DNA from: Acidimicrobiales bacterium
GTDB taxonomy: Bacteria > Actinomycetota > Acidimicrobiia > Acidimicrobiales > RAAP-2
Reading direction: 5' to 3'
Assembly (NCBI GenBank): GCA_049517675.1
Contig: JBEKRV010000015.1
Coordinates: forward strand, 4,148-68,147
Length of the DNA: 64,000 bases
Below the pieces are notes generated by a model that saw only the letters and a program-made list of their open reading frames with translations, did not search any database and was not told the origin of the DNA. The position numbers and the translations under genes were made by a program. Below, one piece after another: positions 61,295-64,000 of this stretch (its first letter is position 1; the number at the start of each line of letters is the position of its first letter).

Positions 61295-64000
61295 ATGTCC
61301 AGTCGTCGCTCGTCCCCATCACGACTCGTGTGCTTCCTGACCGTCGGCGCGGCCACCCTGGCCGCGGTCGGTGCGTCGATGAGCGTGGCCATCACGTCCG
61401 TCAGCACCCCGGCTGCAGCATCGCCGTTGTCCGTCGGTTCGACCACGTTCTCGGTGGGCACGCCTGCGCTGGCATCCATCACCAACGGCACCACGGCCGC
61501 CCCGTGGAACACCTCCCAGGGTGACCCGTCCTCCACGGCGTACCCGAACAGCGATCTGTTCCCGACGTACACACCCGGCGGCCCGACCACCGGGACGGGC
61601 GCCTCGACCGAGCCCAACGTCGCCGTGTACCCGTCGTCGAACAGCGGCACCGACGGGGTCGCGCCCTACCCGAGCGGAACGGTGGGGACCCCCGGCCCGC
61701 TCGACGGCTACTGCGGCACCGGCAACCAGGTGGCCGAGTCCGCCGGCACGCCGGCGCGCCAGCCTGCCGGGACCACGCTTCCCTTCGCCCCCGCCTACTT
61801 CCCCCACGTGGTGAAGAACGCCGACGGGTCGCTCACCGGCTACTTCGACTACCGACCCAAGGATGCCGACGAGGCGCTGGTGGCGGCCACCTCGACCGAC
61901 AACGGCAAGGACTGGACCTACGACGGCGAGGCCCTCGAGGAGAACCCGGGCTACTGCCCCTCTGCTGACATCAACGACGACGGCGAGGGCCACGCCAACG
62001 TCATCACCGTCGGCGGCAACGCCTACCTGTACACGCTTCCCCGGGCGGCCGGCGACATGCAGGGCGTTGGGATGATCGTGCACCAGTTCAGCCCCACCGA
62101 GTCCAGCCCTCTGGCCGGCCTCCCGGCGACCGAGAAGGTGGGGATCGACCCCGACGCCTTCGTGCCGACCGGTTCGACGACGGTCAGCGTGACCCACGGC
62201 ACGGCACAGACCATTCCGCTGACCTCGCTCGGTACTGCCGGATCGCCGGAGCAGTTGGTGGTGGGCAGCTTCGTCGACGTCACCCAGACCCCGGGCGTGC
62301 CGACGGTCGTCACCTGCACCGGCCTCGGCACCAGCTCGCTCACCGGGTGCACCACGGCATCGGGCAGCAGCGTGTCGGTGCATGCCGGCGACCTCGTCGA
62401 GCAGGTCATGGGCTTCACCACCCCGAGCTCCGATGTCGGCCTGGTGATCCCCGCCGGACCCAACACCACCAACGGTGACGGTGGGCTCGCCTCCTTCACG
62501 ATCGACTCGACGAGCGGCAACCCCGGCTTCGCCGACCCGCTGACCGGGACGACGTTCAACAACAACGCCCCCAACCGTCTCTACGTCAACGGCGCCGCCA
62601 TCTACTGCTCGCAGGCCAATGCCAACCCCACCACCCATATCGAGGACTGCACCACCGGACCCACCGGCTCCTCGATGACGCTCTCCTCGCTGGAGCCGAT
62701 CACCGGCGACCCGATCATCCCGGCGACGTCCTACAGCCCCGGCGCGGGCGACGGCATGACGAGCGGCCTGGTCGCCCCCGACGGCATCGTCGGCGTGCTG
62801 CCCAGCTACCCCAACAACGGCACGGTCCCGTCCGGTGCCACCTACGTCATGTACACCGAGAAGGAGCTCAGCTACTACGTGGCGGGCGAGACCGGAGGGA
62901 GCGGGACGTTCAACGCGACCACCGGCCAGACCATCTCCTTCACCCCCGGCACCTACATCTCGTCCGACATGCCGTCCAGCGAGCCCGTCGGCGGGTACAC
63001 GGTCCAGATGGGTGCCACGGCCCCCAGTCCCAGCACGTCGACGGCCATCATCACGGTGACCTGCACCACCCTCAACGAGACGTCGGGAAGCCTCGGCGGC
63101 TGCAAGGTGCCGAGCGCCTACAACGGGTGGACGTACGCCTCCAATTCCCTCATCGGGGCTCCGGGGGCCACGACGCTGGCCCAGTCCACGCTGTCGCTGA
63201 CCGGCGAGGGCAAGTCGAGCGACATCTCGAAGCTCAACAAGAACAACGAGGACCTCACCGTCCTGAGGGTGGCGTACACCACCAACGGCGTGACGTTCTC
63301 CTCGTCGGGACTGACCAACGGGGGCGTCATCAGCGGAGCCGGCTGCGAGACCGGCAGCTGCTCCAACGGCGGCGCCTACGACGACATCTCGAGTCCGGCG
63401 GCGACGGCCAACCCCACCGTCAACGGCCAGATCGACCTCAACGCCTACGCCGCTCCGGGCACACTCGATGCCACCGAGATGCGCTGGGTCGGTTCGGCGG
63501 GCACCATCGTCACCAACCCGAACGGAACCTACGGCCTGTTCCTCTCCGGCGCCTGGGCCGCCGACGGGGACAGCGACGCCTTCAACCAGATCTTCTACAG
63601 CGAGTCGAGCGACGGCGAGCACTGGTCCGTCCCGCAGATGGTCCTGAGCACCGACTACACGTTCGCGGCCTCGGTGGCCCAGGACCAGGCCCTGGCCCAG
63701 GGACATGACGTCCCGCTCGGAGTCAGTGCCTACTACGAAGGTCGGGCCTACGGTCCGAGCGTGGTCCAGAACAACGATGGCACGCTCACCATGATCTTCG
63801 CCGGGTACCGGCTGCCGAAGACCATCTCCGGTGCCGGGACCACGGTGGGCACCAACCCGAATGCACCGTGGACGGTCGGGGCGACCGACCCCGCGCTGTA
63901 CCGGAACATCCTGGCGGTGACGCTCACACCGTCCACCGATGCCACCTCGACCCTGACCAGTCAGACGACGGTCACGTCGAGTACGGCGAACCCGGTTGTC
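61295..64000 (+). CDS. Large secreted protein, Thr/Ser/Gly/Asn-rich with Asp-box (BNR)-like motifs (partial; continues past the window end)
   Basis: This ORF is not in the ORF track. ATG at 61295 lies 7 nt after GGAGG. I translated frame 2 by hand and found it open for all 902 codons to base 64000, with strong GC3. The signal-like N-terminus reads MSSRRSSPSRLVCFLTVGAATLAAVGASMS. Motifs STDNGKDW (61892-61915) and SSDGEHW (63605-63625) are present, along with several paired Cys. Confidence 0.85.
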   Translation, partial: MSSRRSSPSRLVCFLTVGAATLAAVGASMSVAITSVSTPAAASPLSVGSTTFSVGTPALASITNGTTAAPWNTSQGDPSSTAYPNSDLFPTYTPGGPTTGTGASTEPNVAVYPSSNSGTDGVAPYPSGTVGTPGPLDGYCGTGNQVAESAGTPARQPAGTTLPFAPAYFPHVVKNADGSLTGYFDYRPKDADEALVAATSTDNGKDWTYDGEALEENPGYCPSADINDDGEGHANVITVGGNAYLYTLPRAAGDMQGVGMIVHQFSPTESSPLAGLPATEKVGIDPDAFVPTGSTTVSVTHGTAQTIPLTSLGTAGSPEQLVVGSFVDVTQTPGVPTVVTCTGLGTSSLTGCTTASGSSVSVHAGDLVEQVMGFTTPSSDVGLVIPAGPNTTNGDGGLASFTIDSTSGNPGFADPLTGTTFNNNAPNRLYVNGAAIYCSQANANPTTHIEDCTTGPTGSSMTLSSLEPITGDPIIPATSYSPGAGDGMTSGLVAPDGIVGVLPSYPNNGTVPSGATYVMYTEKELSYYVAGETGGSGTFNATTGQTISFTPGTYISSDMPSSEPVGGYTVQMGATAPSPSTSTAIITVTCTTLNETSGSLGGCKVPSAYNGWTYASNSLIGAPGATTLAQSTLSLTGEGKSSDISKLNKNNEDLTVLRVAYTTNGVTFSSSGLTNGGVISGAGCETGSCSNGGAYDDISSPAATANPTVNGQIDLNAYAAPGTLDATEMRWVGSAGTIVTNPNGTYGLFLSGAWAADGDSDAFNQIFYSESSDGEHWSVPQMVLSTDYTFAASVAQDQALAQGHDVPLGVSAYYEGRAYGPSVVQNNDGTLTMIFAGYRLPKTISGAGTTVGTNPNAPWTVGATDPALYRNILAVTLTPSTDATSTLTSQTTVTSSTANPVV

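Noticed and set aside
61319-63706. 795-aa minus-strand ORF, the only long ORF listed by the track in this region
   Set aside because: It is antisense to the open-ended + strand gene at 61295-64000, which has an SD, a signal peptide and strong GC3. The minus ORF is Arg/Gly/Asp/Val-rich junk typical of a high-GC shadow frame.

Overview
GC-rich chromosomal segment with strong GC3 codon bias. It looks actinobacterial: it has a mycothiol-type MDMPI/DinB protein, DUF3039, a BsaP-like ORF and an SCO6745-like protein. Class Acidimicrobiia is a guess only. The window is densely coding, with about 52 CDS. I saw no rRNA, tRNA, CRISPR array, transposase or integrase. Content in order: (i) 59-19188 is an envelope-glycan block. 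It holds a GT1, an SDR epimerase, a 1150-aa GT2-polytopic fusion with a coupled partner, and FtsH on the opposite strand. It continues with a CPBP protease / 855-aa membrane protein / LON-N operon, a repeat-bearing MurNAc-L-Ala amidase, phosphomannomutase, Trm112 and a SIS PGI/PMI. (ii) 19682-25953 holds hpf-secA-prfB-ftsE-ftsX, preceded by a 493-bp gap that I read as a promoter-delimited structured ncRNA (raiA-motif-like). (iii) Next come a lipase, a serine hydrolase, a sugar nucleotidyltransferase, an acyl-CoA synthetase and dehydrogenase, an archaeal-type riboflavin synthase and bioA-bioF-bioD. (iv) Then NfeD-SPFH, an orphan LuxR-type response regulator and a CHASE-GGDEF-EAL protein. (v) Then ABC-F, dus, maf, DUF3039, a small HTH protein, an acyl-CoA desaturase, a VOC protein and a GAP membrane protein. 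(vi) Then bioB with a 65-aa triple-CxxC ORF, an enoyl-CoA hydratase, ahcY and metY-metX. (vii) Then an oleA / fused oleBC / oleD olefin cluster. (viii) Last is an open-ended secreted protein gene of more than 902 aa (61295-64000) that the ORF track omits. Many long ORFs in the track are antisense shadows of real genes, as expected at high GC, and I rejected them. I did not find a clearly novel multi-gene system. The best leads are the hpf-upstream RNA, the unlisted secreted protein next to the ole cluster, two intergenic phased tandem-repeat arrays, and two tightly coupled envelope operons of unknown function. All product calls rest on motifs and families I recognised in the translations. No database search or folding program was run, and start codons are best guesses.
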